From a virus (Duplodnaviria > Caudoviricetes), in the IMG/VR virus record IMGVR_UViG_3300006872_000012, positions 1-47,383 of that record: a stretch of 47,383 bases of DNA; one strand, 5' to 3'. The notes beneath the pieces were generated by a model. The model was not told the origin of the DNA and made no database searches. It was given only the letters and a program-made list of their open reading frames with translations. Positions 18,369-27,199 of the stretch are shown in pieces. The translations under genes and the position numbers were made by a program. Each line of letters opens with the position of its first letter. Position 1 is the stretch's first letter.

Positions 18369-18716
18369 ATGGCCTACCACTCGAGAAGGGCGCAGCGCGC
18401 GCTGAGTCTCGCAGTTCTCGTCGTCCTGGCGGGTTGCAAGGTGATCACCTGCACGATCACGTCAGATCCTCCCGGAGGGGACATCTACGGAGGACCAAAT
18501 CCGGACTCAATGACGTTCACCGGATTTCAGACGCCCCACACGTTTGAGTTGAAGGTGCCAGTCGATCAGTACTGGCTTCCGTGGTACTTCCGGGTCGAGC
18601 GCGACGGCTGCGAGCCGCGAACTCAGTTTCGACCGTTCGTTCAGCAGGACCACCTGGAGCTCCACTTCAAGCTCCAGCAGAACCCGAGCGTGAGGTATGG
18701 GGCGGCGGGGTCTTGA
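18369..18716 (+). CDS. PEGA-like lipoprotein
   Basis: Lipobox LAGC; ITSDPPGGDIY..G.TP motif. Confidence 0.7.
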   Translation: MAYHSRRAQRALSLAVLVVLAGCKVITCTITSDPPGGDIYGGPNPDSMTFTGFQTPHTFELKVPVDQYWLPWYFRVERDGCEPRTQFRPFVQQDHLELHFKLQQNPSVRYGAAGS

Positions 18717-19309
18717 GCTTCGACTCCTCGATTCTGGAGCTACTCTTTACTGGGGTGACGAGTTCTGTACTGACGGTCCTGCTCACGCACGCCGGCGAGT
18801 CGCGAGTTCGCCGTCAGGATCGCAGACGGGAAGCCTACGTTGCTTGGCTTACCGCGGTATACGAGTTCAATGTCCACGCCTGGAGGATCCGCAAACATCG
18901 CTTGAGCCAGGATAACTTCTCAAGTGATGCGGATGCATTGGACTCGGCGGAGCGAGCGATGGTGGTTGCGGTCGCTCGCATCCGCTTGGCGGACGGCCAC
19001 AACGCAGAAGTGCGGCTGATGCTTGAGATCTCCAGGAAGCTGCAGAAGGCCTGCTGGTACTTTCAAGCGGCGGAGGTCGAACTGTGCGATGTCGGGATGG
19101 AGTTGATTCGCGAGGCATTCGATTCGGTCCTCCAATTGGCTGCCCGCCTTCATGCACGGCTTGAGTCCGACTCACGGTGGTCATCCTTTCTCGACCGCCT
19201 AGAACGGCTTTCGAGGCCGCCCGATTGGCCCATCTCGTTCGAGCCCTCCGCAGGTGGGGCTGAGGCGAGCAACACCGCATTCAACTCTGGTGTGCCGAAG
19301 TCGCAGTGA
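18713..19309 (+). CDS. Hypothetical membrane-anchored helical protein
   Basis: TTGA coupling; N-terminal hydrophobic segment then RRQDRRREAYVAWL; visibly lower GC. Confidence 0.6.
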   Translation: MSFDSSILELLFTGVTSSVLTVLLTHAGESRVRRQDRRREAYVAWLTAVYEFNVHAWRIRKHRLSQDNFSSDADALDSAERAMVVAVARIRLADGHNAEVRLMLEISRKLQKACWYFQAAEVELCDVGMELIREAFDSVLQLAARLHARLESDSRWSSFLDRLERLSRPPDWPISFEPSAGGAEASNTAFNSGVPKSQ

Positions 19310-19391
19310 TCCTGTTTCACGACACCGCGACTCGCGATCGATGCCGCTGGGCTCAAGATCCAACGCTCCCGCTTCCGACGAGGACAGCAAG

Positions 19392-19667
19392 ATGTGCAAC
19401 GAAACGCGCCCAGTCTGCGTGAAGATCCCCGCCGACCTCGACGCCTCGGGGATGGAACAGTGGAAGGACGTCAAGATCGACGCCTGCGTCGCCGACGTCG
19501 TGAGCGCGCTCCAGGCCGCCGGCATCGACATGCGCGGCTCCTGTTGCGGTCATGGAAGGAAAGAAGGACACGTCCACCTTGAGGATGGACGCGCCCTTCT
19601 CGTTCTCCCGCGTGAGGCCGCCGATCGCTATTTCGGAGCCGAGGCGCCGAGGCTTCAGCTCACGTAG
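19392..19667 (+). CDS. Hypothetical protein with SCxGH motif
   Basis: GAGGA SD; IDACVADVVSALQAAGIDMRGSCCGHG. Confidence 0.7.
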   Translation: MCNETRPVCVKIPADLDASGMEQWKDVKIDACVADVVSALQAAGIDMRGSCCGHGRKEGHVHLEDGRALLVLPREAADRYFGAEAPRLQLT

Positions 19668-19688
19668 GCACTCACCGCGGAGCGCTCG

Positions 19689-19844
19689 TCAGCGGCAGTT
19701 GCCTGCGTCGCGCTTCGCCTTGCACTCGTTGCAGAACTCGCCGGTCGTCGGCTTCGTGTCCTTCGACTGGTAGTCGTGCGTCGGCCAGTTCGAGCAGTTG
19801 GTGCAGAAGTGCCACGTGTCGTTGCCGTTTCGCCGCCGGTACAT
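19689..19844 (-). CDS. 51-aa Cys-rich protein (not in the ORF track)
   Basis: GGAGA SD; MYRRRNGNDTWHFCTNCSNWP...GEFCNECKAKRDAGNCR. Confidence 0.75.
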   Translation of the reverse strand: MYRRRNGNDTWHFCTNCSNWPTHDYQSKDTKPTTGEFCNECKAKRDAGNCR

Positions 19845-19996
19845 ATAGGATCTCCGAAAGCTCAAATCGCGATCGACGAAGCGCCCGGGGTTCCCCGAGC
19901 AACCTACCTCGTCGATCTCAGGCCGCCGACGTCTTGTTCACGCCGGCGGCAGAGCGTCGAGACCCTGGCTGAACGGCCAGGGTCTCTTCTTTTTCA

Positions 19997-20206
19997 TCAG
20001 CCCCGCTCTCCGAGTTGATGCTTCTTGACGGTTTCGAACGCCTGTCGCAACTCGTGGTTGCTGCCGATCCGGCGCTCGATGACTTCGGACAGCCCCTTCT
20101 CGACGAGCGCCTGCACGGTGGTGCGGTCAACCGTGGCCGCGAACCGCGCCGCTTCGTAGAGCTCTCGTCCCACCCTCACCGTGACGTTCTTCTCGAGACC
20201 AGGCAC
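19997..20206 (-). CDS. Ribbon-helix-helix-like regulator
   Basis: GAGGAGG SD; KNVTVRVGRELYEAARFAA..RTTVQALVEKGL. Confidence 0.7.
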   Translation of the reverse strand: MPGLEKNVTVRVGRELYEAARFAATVDRTTVQALVEKGLSEVIERRIGSNHELRQAFETVKKHQLGERG

Positions 20207-20248
20207 GGGAACCTCCTCAGGGCGGAAATGGGGTCGGGCAATGAGGCG

Positions 20249-20276
20249 TTTGTAGAGTTTGGGATGATGGTGTCAA
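20249..20276 (-). promoter_or_regulatory. Sigma70-like promoter for the RHH gene
   Basis: TTGACA-N16-TACAAA on the minus strand. Confidence 0.45.
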
Positions 20277-20344
20277 GCGCGTTGGATCACTACATGTGGG
20301 GAAATTTCGAATTCGTGCACTATTCGTGGTGGCGTGCAGAGATT

Positions 20345-20389
20345 GGAAACGGGCGGGGCCGCGCTGCGTTTCGGCCGCGCGGCCCCGCC
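20345..20389 (-). terminator. Hairpin / possible terminator after tail tube gene
   Basis: 12-bp stem GGCGGGGCCGCG/CGCGGCCCCGCC with only a short U tract. Confidence 0.5.
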
Positions 20390-20415
20390 TCGCTCTAAGC
20401 CCTGCTCTCGCTCGC

Positions 20416-21594
20416 CTAGTCGTCCCACTTCACCAGCCGCACCGCGACGCCTTCCGTCGGGTGGATGACCGCCTCGTAGGCCATGTTCAGGAAGATCGTC
20501 GCCTTCCGGCCCGGGTTCGCCCGGTCGAGCGAGTCGAACTTCACCCGCGGCAGGTCGATCAAGAAGTAGTGCCCGAGGGCATCGAGGAACTGCACGGCGA
20601 ACGCGCTCTCGCCGTTCGTGAGCGCCTTGTCCGCGAGCGTGTGGGTGTCCGGCAACAGCACGCGGAAGTTGCCCTTCGCCGAGGCGTCGTGCGCCGCGAT
20701 CTCGGCCGCGCCGAGCTGGCCGAGCACTGAGATCGGCTCGAGCTCGTTCTGGAGGTCGACGCCGATCTCGGCGACCTTGGCGAGCACGGAGTAGTCGGCG
20801 AGGAACGCGCGGAGGTCGGTGACCGAGTTCATCGGCGGGTTCGTGCTCGCGGCCGTGAAGCCCGAGCCGCGCGCGGCGGTCGCCGAGACCTCGGGCCGGC
20901 CCTGGGTCGAGACGCTCACCTGGACGATCTGCTTCGGCGAGAGGCCGAAGTTGAAGCCCTGAATCAGGTGGCCCGGCGAGTAGGCGAAGAGGTTCGCCTT
21001 GTCCTTGTACTGCCGCTCGAACGTGAAGCTCGGCACGGTCGACCCGTCGACCGCCTGGGCGCCGAGCTTGACCTTGCTGTCGGCATCGCCGGAGTCGTTG
21101 ACCAGCGCACCGCCGCTGCCACCGGTGACGGTGATCTTGCCGGCGGCGCGCGTGACGATCTTGAAGAGGCCGTTGGACGTCGCGAGCGGGAAGCCCTTCG
21201 CGCGGACCCACTTGCCGACCGCGTAGCCGTTGGCGACGGTGAAGCCGTTGCCGGAGTCGTTGAACGACTGGTCCGCGGCGAGGACGGTGAGGCCCACGCC
21301 CGTGATCTCGTGCGTCGCCGAGAACGCGGCCGCGCGGATCACGGCCAGCAGGAAGTCGTCGTGGGCGCCGTAGACGAACTCCGAGGCGAAGCCGCCCTTG
21401 CCGTCCGCGTCGACGAGGATCTTGTCCTTCGGGAACGCGCTGGTCGTGAGCAGCTGGCTGGTCTCGTACGAGAGCCCGGGGACGAACTTGTCGTCCCGCT
21501 GCGCCAGGTACTGGTAGGTCCCCGTGGGCGGGACGCCGTAGGTGACTTCCTTCGCGTAACTGGTGGGGGTGTTCGCGCCGCCTGCGGTACCCAT
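20416..21594 (-). CDS. Major tail tube protein
   Basis: YAKEVTYGVPP start, SFTFERQY, IDLPRVKF; follows the neck genes. Confidence 0.85.
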   Translation of the reverse strand: MGTAGGANTPTSYAKEVTYGVPPTGTYQYLAQRDDKFVPGLSYETSQLLTTSAFPKDKILVDADGKGGFASEFVYGAHDDFLLAVIRAAAFSATHEITGVGLTVLAADQSFNDSGNGFTVANGYAVGKWVRAKGFPLATSNGLFKIVTRAAGKITVTGGSGGALVNDSGDADSKVKLGAQAVDGSTVPSFTFERQYKDKANLFAYSPGHLIQGFNFGLSPKQIVQVSVSTQGRPEVSATAARGSGFTAASTNPPMNSVTDLRAFLADYSVLAKVAEIGVDLQNELEPISVLGQLGAAEIAAHDASAKGNFRVLLPDTHTLADKALTNGESAFAVQFLDALGHYFLIDLPRVKFDSLDRANPGRKATIFLNMAYEAVIHPTEGVAVRLVKWDD

Positions 21595-21597
21595 GGT

Positions 21598-22038
21598 TCA
21601 GTCCTCGTCGTCCACGTGAAACGGGCAAGTGACCTGGACGCGCCACCACTTGCCTTCGCGCTGGCCCGCGCTGCCGCCGGCGCCGTAGCCGGGTGTCTCG
21701 AACACGATTTCGGTGGTGCCGCTGACGAGCGCCTGCCGCTGGAACGCGGCGAGCACGCGCTGCGCGGTGTCGGTGAGGGGCTTCGTGCCGATCCCGATCT
21801 CGTCGTAGAGGTCTACGTAGAGCCGCGAGCCGTCCGTGCGCGAGCGGATCGGGGGCGCGATCGTGAGCTGCTCGCGCACGCCTTCGCGGAGCGTGACCAG
21901 GGCCCACGGCCCGGTGTCCGGCTCCGCGCGCGGGTCGTTGGGGTAGCGCGTCGCGAGTGCCGCGCCGCCGTCGCCCCCGAGCTCGAGCAGGCTCTTGAAG
22001 CGGCCCAGGATCGCCTGGTTGACGGCGGTGAGCGTCAC
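21598..22038 (-). CDS. Tail terminator-like protein
   Basis: Position and size; YPN..PWALVT, WWRVQVTCPF. Confidence 0.7.
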   Translation of the reverse strand: MTLTAVNQAILGRFKSLLELGGDGGAALATRYPNDPRAEPDTGPWALVTLREGVREQLTIAPPIRSRTDGSRLYVDLYDEIGIGTKPLTDTAQRVLAAFQRQALVSGTTEIVFETPGYGAGGSAGQREGKWWRVQVTCPFHVDDED

Positions 22039-22598
22039 AGGAGCCGCCCCCCGAGCCGGCGCACCGCCCGCTCGACGAAGGCGACTACGACAGCGAAGCT
22101 CACGCCGAGCACGCCCTGCGGCGCCTGGATGCTGTACCCGCCGCGCACGAGCGGGGCGCCGGGGTCGCCGGCCAGGTCCTGCGCGCGCCCGCGCTGGCGG
22201 GCGTCACGGCGTGCGGCACGGCGTGCCAGCGACTCGGCGTCGGTCTTCGGGTCCGGCGGGATGAAACCGCCGTTCTCGATCTTCCGCGCGTAGGGCGCCG
22301 TGTTCGTCAGGTACGACGCGGAGAACGGCGGCGCAGCCGCGGCGACGGCCAGGTTCGCCTCGAGGCGCGAGCTGGAGCTCGTCGCGTCGAAGGCCGTGAC
22401 GGGCGTGTCCTGGCTCGCATGCCAGTTCCCGCGGAGGAACGCGCGGTCGACCGGCGAGCGGTTCTCCGTTTCCTCCACTCCGGTCGCGAAGGCCCGCCGG
22501 TGGAGTGAGCCGACCCGCTCCGGCAGCACGCGCGCCGTTCGGCGGATGGTGGCATTGAAGCGATCGACGCCTTCGACGCGGGGGATCATCGGCGGCAC
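22035..22598 (-). CDS. HK97 gp10-like neck protein
   Basis: SPVD..LRGNW, YLTN.APYA.KIE.G, S.QAP.G. Confidence 0.8.
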   Translation of the reverse strand: MPPMIPRVEGVDRFNATIRRTARVLPERVGSLHRRAFATGVEETENRSPVDRAFLRGNWHASQDTPVTAFDATSSSSRLEANLAVAAAAPPFSASYLTNTAPYARKIENGGFIPPDPKTDAESLARRAARRDARQRGRAQDLAGDPGAPLVRGGYSIQAPQGVLGVSFAVVVAFVERAVRRLGGRLL

Positions 22599-22954
22599 TG
22601 CAGTTCCCAGGCGGCGACGTCGTCGCCCCCCGAAAGACGCGTCGCATCGACGATCGCAAACGTGGCGCCGGCGACCTGGAGCTTCCAGCCGGCCTTCGGC
22701 GCCGGCTGCACGTCGCCCTTCAACAGCACGACGACGTCGCCGGCGAGGACCTGGCCGCCGTTCACCAGCGCGGAGCGGTAGGAGGCCGGCGGGGTCGCCT
22801 TCACGGCAACCGAGGCGCTCGGCGCGCTGATGCCGGTCGTCGCTGCGTCGTAGCTCCCGTCGACCGGGATCAGCGTGGCGTCCACACCGCCGTCGAGCTC
22901 GGCGAACAGCTCCTCGACCGCCTCGCGCAGCTCGATGTCCGTGGAAGTCGTCAT
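22586..22954 (-). CDS. Head-closure protein
   Basis: ATGA-coupled; YDAATT, GDVVVLL, WELQCRR. Confidence 0.7.
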   Translation of the reverse strand: MTTSTDIELREAVEELFAELDGGVDATLIPVDGSYDAATTGISAPSASVAVKATPPASYRSALVNGGQVLAGDVVVLLKGDVQPAPKAGWKLQVAGATFAIVDATRLSGGDDVAAWELQCRR

Positions 22955-23466
22955 CCTCGCACCGGCATGCCCGTGGGCTTCAGGAGGTCCTGCAGCAGGG
23001 CCTCGGCCTTCGGGATCGAGGGCTGAGTGCTCTGGCCGCCCTGGTAGCTCTTCGCGATGCGGAGCGAGCCGACCTGGAGGTCCTTCGACGCCAGGGTCCC
23101 GGTCGTCGCCGCCGAGGCGAACGGCACCTTCCCCAGGACGACCTCGAGCGCCACGGCGGCCGTGGCGTGCTTCAGGCGCGCCGGAAGGGCATCGGAGGCG
23201 AGCAGGTAGCCGTCGCGGTCGTACACGCCCTGGCGCGGCCAGCGCAGCGCCTGGCCGGCGCTCCTGCGGAACCCCTTCCACTGCGCACCGAAGACATCGT
23301 CGACGTACTGCGTGGCCTTCCGCAGCGCGGCCTCCCTGGCCGGGTCGCCGGCGGCCTCCCACGTCGCGTCGCCACCCTGGGCCGCCACGTACGCGTTGGC
23401 GAACGCCAGGTCCGCGTAGGACTCGGCGTCCGCCTTGCCGCTGCCGTCTTCGACGATGAGGGCCAC
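22951..23466 (-). CDS. Head-tail adaptor (DnaT-like family)
   Basis: MALIVEDGSG..AESY, ALRKATQYVD, QALRWPR. Confidence 0.85.
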   Translation of the reverse strand: MALIVEDGSGKADAESYADLAFANAYVAAQGGDATWEAAGDPAREAALRKATQYVDDVFGAQWKGFRRSAGQALRWPRQGVYDRDGYLLASDALPARLKHATAAVALEVVLGKVPFASAATTGTLASKDLQVGSLRIAKSYQGGQSTQPSIPKAEALLQDLLKPTGMPVRG

Positions 23467-23499
23467 GTCCAGCCTCGAGGTGGGTTCGCGGGGGAGGCG

Positions 23500-23715
23500 C
23501 TACGGCGCGGGGGGTGCGGGCGGGCCGCCGGCGCCCTCGCCGCTGCCCTGGCCGGCACCTGCCGCCTTCGGCGGCTTCTTGGCCGCGCCCGGGCGCTCGG
23601 CGCCGCGGGCGAGCCAGCCGTCGACCGTGTCCGGGTCCACGTGGATGGTGTCGCCGCGGTAGAGCAGCGGCACGGTCGGCAGGACCTCTCGGTGAATCGT
23701 GTACTCGCGGGGCAT
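23500..23715 (-). CDS. Small post-capsid hypothetical protein
   Basis: AGGAG SD; immediately after the capsid gene. Confidence 0.6.
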   Translation of the reverse strand: MPREYTIHREVLPTVPLLYRGDTIHVDPDTVDGWLARGAERPGAAKKPPKAAGAGQGSGEGAGGPPAPPAP

Positions 23716-23760
23716 GGAGGGCTCCTGAAGACGGAGGAGGGTGGGGAGGAACGACGGGAG

Positions 23761-23792
23761 CCGGGCCGGCGCACCGCAGCACGCCGGCCCGG
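23761..23792. terminator. Hairpin after capsid gene
   Basis: CCGGGCCGGCG/CGCCGGCCCGG stem; no clear U tract. Confidence 0.35.
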
Positions 23793-23805
23793 AAGTGACC
23801 CCGGG

Positions 23806-24963
23806 CTACGCCGCGGCGCGGACCGCGAGGTCGGGGTAGAAGGTCTTCACGCCGTAGAGCACGTCGACCTTGCAGTACGTGGCCGACTCCTTCGGCTCGT
23901 ACCAGAGCGTGACGCGGACGCTGAGGTTGGTCTCCTCGTCGCCCTGGGTGAAGACGAGCGCGCCGCCCATCTGGCGGACCTCCTTGTCGGGCAGGAGGAC
24001 GTTGACGATGCCGAACGCGTCGCGCTGGTAGACGAGGTTCGCAACGTGCGAGTCGAGGCGCACGGTGACCGCGGTGTTGTCCGCGTAGTTCTGCACCAGC
24101 TCGGGCGTCACCGACACGGTGATGTTGTTGCCGGCCGCCGTCGCATCGGCGGTCGCCGCGTACTGCTGCGCGTTGCCGGCAATGGTGAGGACATCGCCCT
24201 TCTTCACCGTGCCCGTGAGCGCGCCGCCGTTGTTGTCGAGCGTGACCGCGGTGCCGTTCTTGGAGACGGCGCCGTTCAGCAGGACCGACGTGAGCGAGAG
24301 CGTGCCGGGCGTGTGGCTCTTCACGTTCTGGGTCATGTAGAACTGCTGGCCGAAGCGCGTGCCCATCATCCCGTTGATCTGGGTCTTCTCGCCCGTCGGG
24401 CCGGCGCCGTTCCACTGGCCGAACGCCGCGTTGCTGACGAGGTTGGCCTCGAGCGTCGGATCGACCATGTAGAACAGGTTCGCGGGGTCGAGCCGGGCCT
24501 TGTTGATCGCCAGGATCTTCCGCGGCTGCACCGCGTCGGCGACGACCGAACCGGGGGTCGCGTTCAGGTCGTAGTACCAGGGGATGTCGGTGTAGAGCCC
24601 GGTGAGCGCGCCCTCGATGACGTCGCGGATGGCGTAGGCGGCGCTGTCCAGGTGCTGCGTGATGTAGTTGTCGCCGACCGCCGTCCGCTCCTTGTCGTTG
24701 AGCTTGAAGACGACTTCCTTCCACTGGTCGAGGTTGATCGTCACGGGCACGCCGCCGGCGTCCTGCGCCGCGGAGTTGGGCGCGTCCTGGGCGACGAAGA
24801 GCGCCGGGCGCGGCACGGTGATCACGGAGCCCTTGCCGAAGGCCTGGCGCTCCTCGTGGTAGACGGTGTTGACGGTGAGAGCCACGCCCAGCGTCTTCTT
24901 CAAGATGCGGAGCGCCTTGTTGGCGAAGTAGATCGGGTCCCACCCGTTGACGGTGTTCGTCAT
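23806..24963 (-). CDS. Major capsid protein, P22 coat (gp5)-like
   Basis: ALRILK..L, GSVITVPRP, C-terminal DVLYGVKTFYPDLAVR; follows scaffold. Confidence 0.9.
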   Translation of the reverse strand: MTNTVNGWDPIYFANKALRILKKTLGVALTVNTVYHEERQAFGKGSVITVPRPALFVAQDAPNSAAQDAGGVPVTINLDQWKEVVFKLNDKERTAVGDNYITQHLDSAAYAIRDVIEGALTGLYTDIPWYYDLNATPGSVVADAVQPRKILAINKARLDPANLFYMVDPTLEANLVSNAAFGQWNGAGPTGEKTQINGMMGTRFGQQFYMTQNVKSHTPGTLSLTSVLLNGAVSKNGTAVTLDNNGGALTGTVKKGDVLTIAGNAQQYAATADATAAGNNITVSVTPELVQNYADNTAVTVRLDSHVANLVYQRDAFGIVNVLLPDKEVRQMGGALVFTQGDEETNLSVRVTLWYEPKESATYCKVDVLYGVKTFYPDLAVRAAA

Positions 24964-25016
24964 GGGATTGCTTCAGGCCTTTCAAACGCGCGCTTCGATG
25001 CGCAGCTTTGAAAGCG

Positions 25017-25061
25017 CCTGGCATCCCGCCCCAGCGCCCCGGCCCTGGCATCCCGCCCCAG
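25017..25061. repeat. Two identical 18-nt direct repeats in the capsid leader
   Basis: cctggcatcccgccccag at 25017-25034 and 25044-25061. Confidence 0.9.
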
Positions 25062-25095
25062 GCCCGCTGCAAAAACACAACCGCAACCGCAGACG

Positions 25096-25926
25096 TCAGT
25101 CGACGATCGCGGCACTCTTGCGACCCGCTTTCGCGGCCGCGTCCTCGGCGGCTTGCCACTTGGAGAAGTCCGCGGCATCCGCCCGAGAGATTTCGTACGC
25201 CGCGCGGCCGGCCCGGCCGGCACGGGCGCTCGACCCGTCACCCCCGGTGCCGCCTCGATCGGTTCCGACGAAGAGACCCGGATGCGCCTCGACGAGGGAC
25301 TCCAGGTACTCGTCCATGCTCATCGCCGCCATGCCGCCGCCGGTCTTGACCGTGGTGCGGTGACCGCCGGCGCCGTCGCGGAAGCGGACTTCGGGCTCGT
25401 CCTTGCCGTCCGTCCAGACGATGTCGGCATCGTGGTCGATCAGGGTGGCCACGACGTTCGCGTCGACGGGCTTGTTCTTCAGGGCTCCCGCCTTCTGCAG
25501 AGCCTGGGCGCGGACGAGGTACTTCCGGATCACGGCGTCGCGCCGCGCGAGCTCGGTCTTGGCCGCGGCCGCGTCCTTGTCGGCCTTCTCCTTGACCGGC
25601 GTCACCGCGAGGCGGATGCGCTCCTGGACCTTCTCGTCGCTCGAGGCGCTCTTCAGCTTCTCGAGCTGCTCCATGGCTGCCCGGTGCGCGGGCACGTCGA
25701 TGTCGCCGAGCTCCTTCACGCGCGCGAGCGCCTCGTCCTTCGCCGTGCGCTCCTTCTTGACGATGTCCTTCAGGTTGTCGACATCGTCGAGTCGGAAGCC
25801 GCCCACGGGCTCGACGTCGAGGATGAACTTGCCCTTCAACGGGCCATTCACCGGCGCCGCCACGTAGAGCGCGCGCACGGCTTCGGGGAGCGACTCGACG
25901 CTGTCGACGATTGCCTTGAGGCCCAC
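25096..25926 (-). CDS. Capsid scaffolding protein
   Basis: LKAIVDSVESLPEAVRALY..GKFILDV, coiled coil, HPGLF..GGTGG; AAGGAG SD. Confidence 0.8.
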   Translation of the reverse strand: MGLKAIVDSVESLPEAVRALYVAAPVNGPLKGKFILDVEPVGGFRLDDVDNLKDIVKKERTAKDEALARVKELGDIDVPAHRAAMEQLEKLKSASSDEKVQERIRLAVTPVKEKADKDAAAAKTELARRDAVIRKYLVRAQALQKAGALKNKPVDANVVATLIDHDADIVWTDGKDEPEVRFRDGAGGHRTTVKTGGGMAAMSMDEYLESLVEAHPGLFVGTDRGGTGGDGSSARAGRAGRAAYEISRADAADFSKWQAAEDAAAKAGRKSAAIVD

Positions 25927-25960
25927 GGGATCAGGCTCCTTCGGTCACGCTTCAGGGGGG

Positions 25961-26012
25961 ACAGTAGGTCTTCGAAAAGAACTGCCGCAAGGCAGTGGTG
26001 GCAGGATCGACT
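25961..26012 (-). promoter_or_regulatory. Putative late promoter for scaffold/capsid (TGCCACCA-N29-TACTGT)
   Basis: tggtggcaggatcgact, 16/17 identical to 14354-14370, with the same spacing to a TANNNT box. Confidence 0.65.
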
Positions 26013-27187
26013 CACGATTCCATTTCGGAATCCGTGGCCCTCAGCTCGGCCAGCGTGAGCAGCCGGCCGCGGTCGTCGAAGAACTCGCGGTACTCGACTT
26101 CGCCCGAGCGCAAGAGCGCGGCGCGCTTCGGACCGAGCGCGCGGTCTTGGACGCGGGCCGACTGGTTCGAGATCCATTCGCCGTAGTCGATCTTTGCGGA
26201 CACCGGCCCGGAAAGGCTCGTGCGCAGGCGCGCTGCGCCGCCGCTGTCGAGGTCGTCGAAGTCGTCGGGCGTCAGGCCGAGTTCATCCCACGGGCGGATC
26301 TGGCGGCGCTTCAGGCAGCGGCAGCGCGGGTGGAGGGGCGCCGCCGGCAACCGCTGCGGTGGGTCGGTCTTGCCGTCGAGCGGCTGGCACTGGGTGCAGG
26401 TGATCGCGTCCAGCGTCGCGAACCAGTACTCGGTGGACGTGTAGACGTCCGGGTTCGCGGCCTGAAAGGCGTCCCGGCCGGCGTGTTGGATGGACGCGAT
26501 CGCGGTCCGCGTGAGCGCGTCCGCGTCCCGGCGCAGCAGCGCGACGGCGCCGTCCTCGAAGGACGCCGCGCGCGAGCCGAACACGCGCCGCGTGATCTCC
26601 GAGGCGCTCTCGCCGTTCACCAGCCCGATCTTGATCTCCCGCTCGATGCGGCCGACCGCGTCGGCGCCGAGCTTCTCCGTCCAGCCCTTCAGGGTGTCGC
26701 CCTGGAAGGGGGTCGCCCGCACGATGTCGCGCATCTGGGCGGCGCTCGGGAGGTCGAACGAGACCTCGAGCGCGGCGATCACAGGCTGCGGCACCGCGCG
26801 CTGGAGGGCGGCCGCCTCGAACTCGGCCTCGTACCGACCGATCTCGATGATGTTCTCGATCAGCCGATCCCGCAGCGCCCTCGAGGCCTCGATAATCACG
26901 GCCGTGATCGCGACGTGAAGCGCCTCGAGGCGCGCCCGTGTCGCCGCCCCGGTGTCGAAGCCCGCGTCGGCGGCGCGCTGGATCCGCCCCGCGATCCGGT
27001 CCTGCAGGTCCGGGATGACCTGGTCGTTCAGGAAGGCGAGCACCTGATTCGCCTCGCCCGCCTTCAGGCGCTCGAACCAGTGGGCGTGCCGGAGCGCGGC
27101 GTCGAGCAGCTGCTCGTTGGCCGTGGGCGCGCGGCCCCTCTTCGGGACGAGCGTCTTCCGCCGCGGGTCCTTGGCCTTGCTCGCCAT
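26012..27187 (-). CDS. Minor head protein, MuF/SPP1 gp7 family
   Basis: ATLDAITCTQCQPLDG, PLHPRCRC, YGEW..Q..LG..RA.L. Confidence 0.9.
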   Translation of the reverse strand: MASKAKDPRRKTLVPKRGRAPTANEQLLDAALRHAHWFERLKAGEANQVLAFLNDQVIPDLQDRIAGRIQRAADAGFDTGAATRARLEALHVAITAVIIEASRALRDRLIENIIEIGRYEAEFEAAALQRAVPQPVIAALEVSFDLPSAAQMRDIVRATPFQGDTLKGWTEKLGADAVGRIEREIKIGLVNGESASEITRRVFGSRAASFEDGAVALLRRDADALTRTAIASIQHAGRDAFQAANPDVYTSTEYWFATLDAITCTQCQPLDGKTDPPQRLPAAPLHPRCRCLKRRQIRPWDELGLTPDDFDDLDSGGAARLRTSLSGPVSAKIDYGEWISNQSARVQDRALGPKRAALLRSGEVEYREFFDDRGRLLTLAELRATDSEMES

Positions 27188-27199
27188 GGCGTGATCGAG

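Noticed and set aside
20280-20325. dif-like site for the Xer recombinase
   Set aside because: AT-rich but no convincing TTATGTTAAAT-like arm
22547-22554. Additional TGGTGGCA match
   Set aside because: Inside a coding region and lacks the flanking conserved bases
22955-25159. 857-aa minus-strand ORF as a single gene
   Set aside because: An off-frame overlay of capsid and adaptor genes; only the last 122 codons (from 22954) are a real gene
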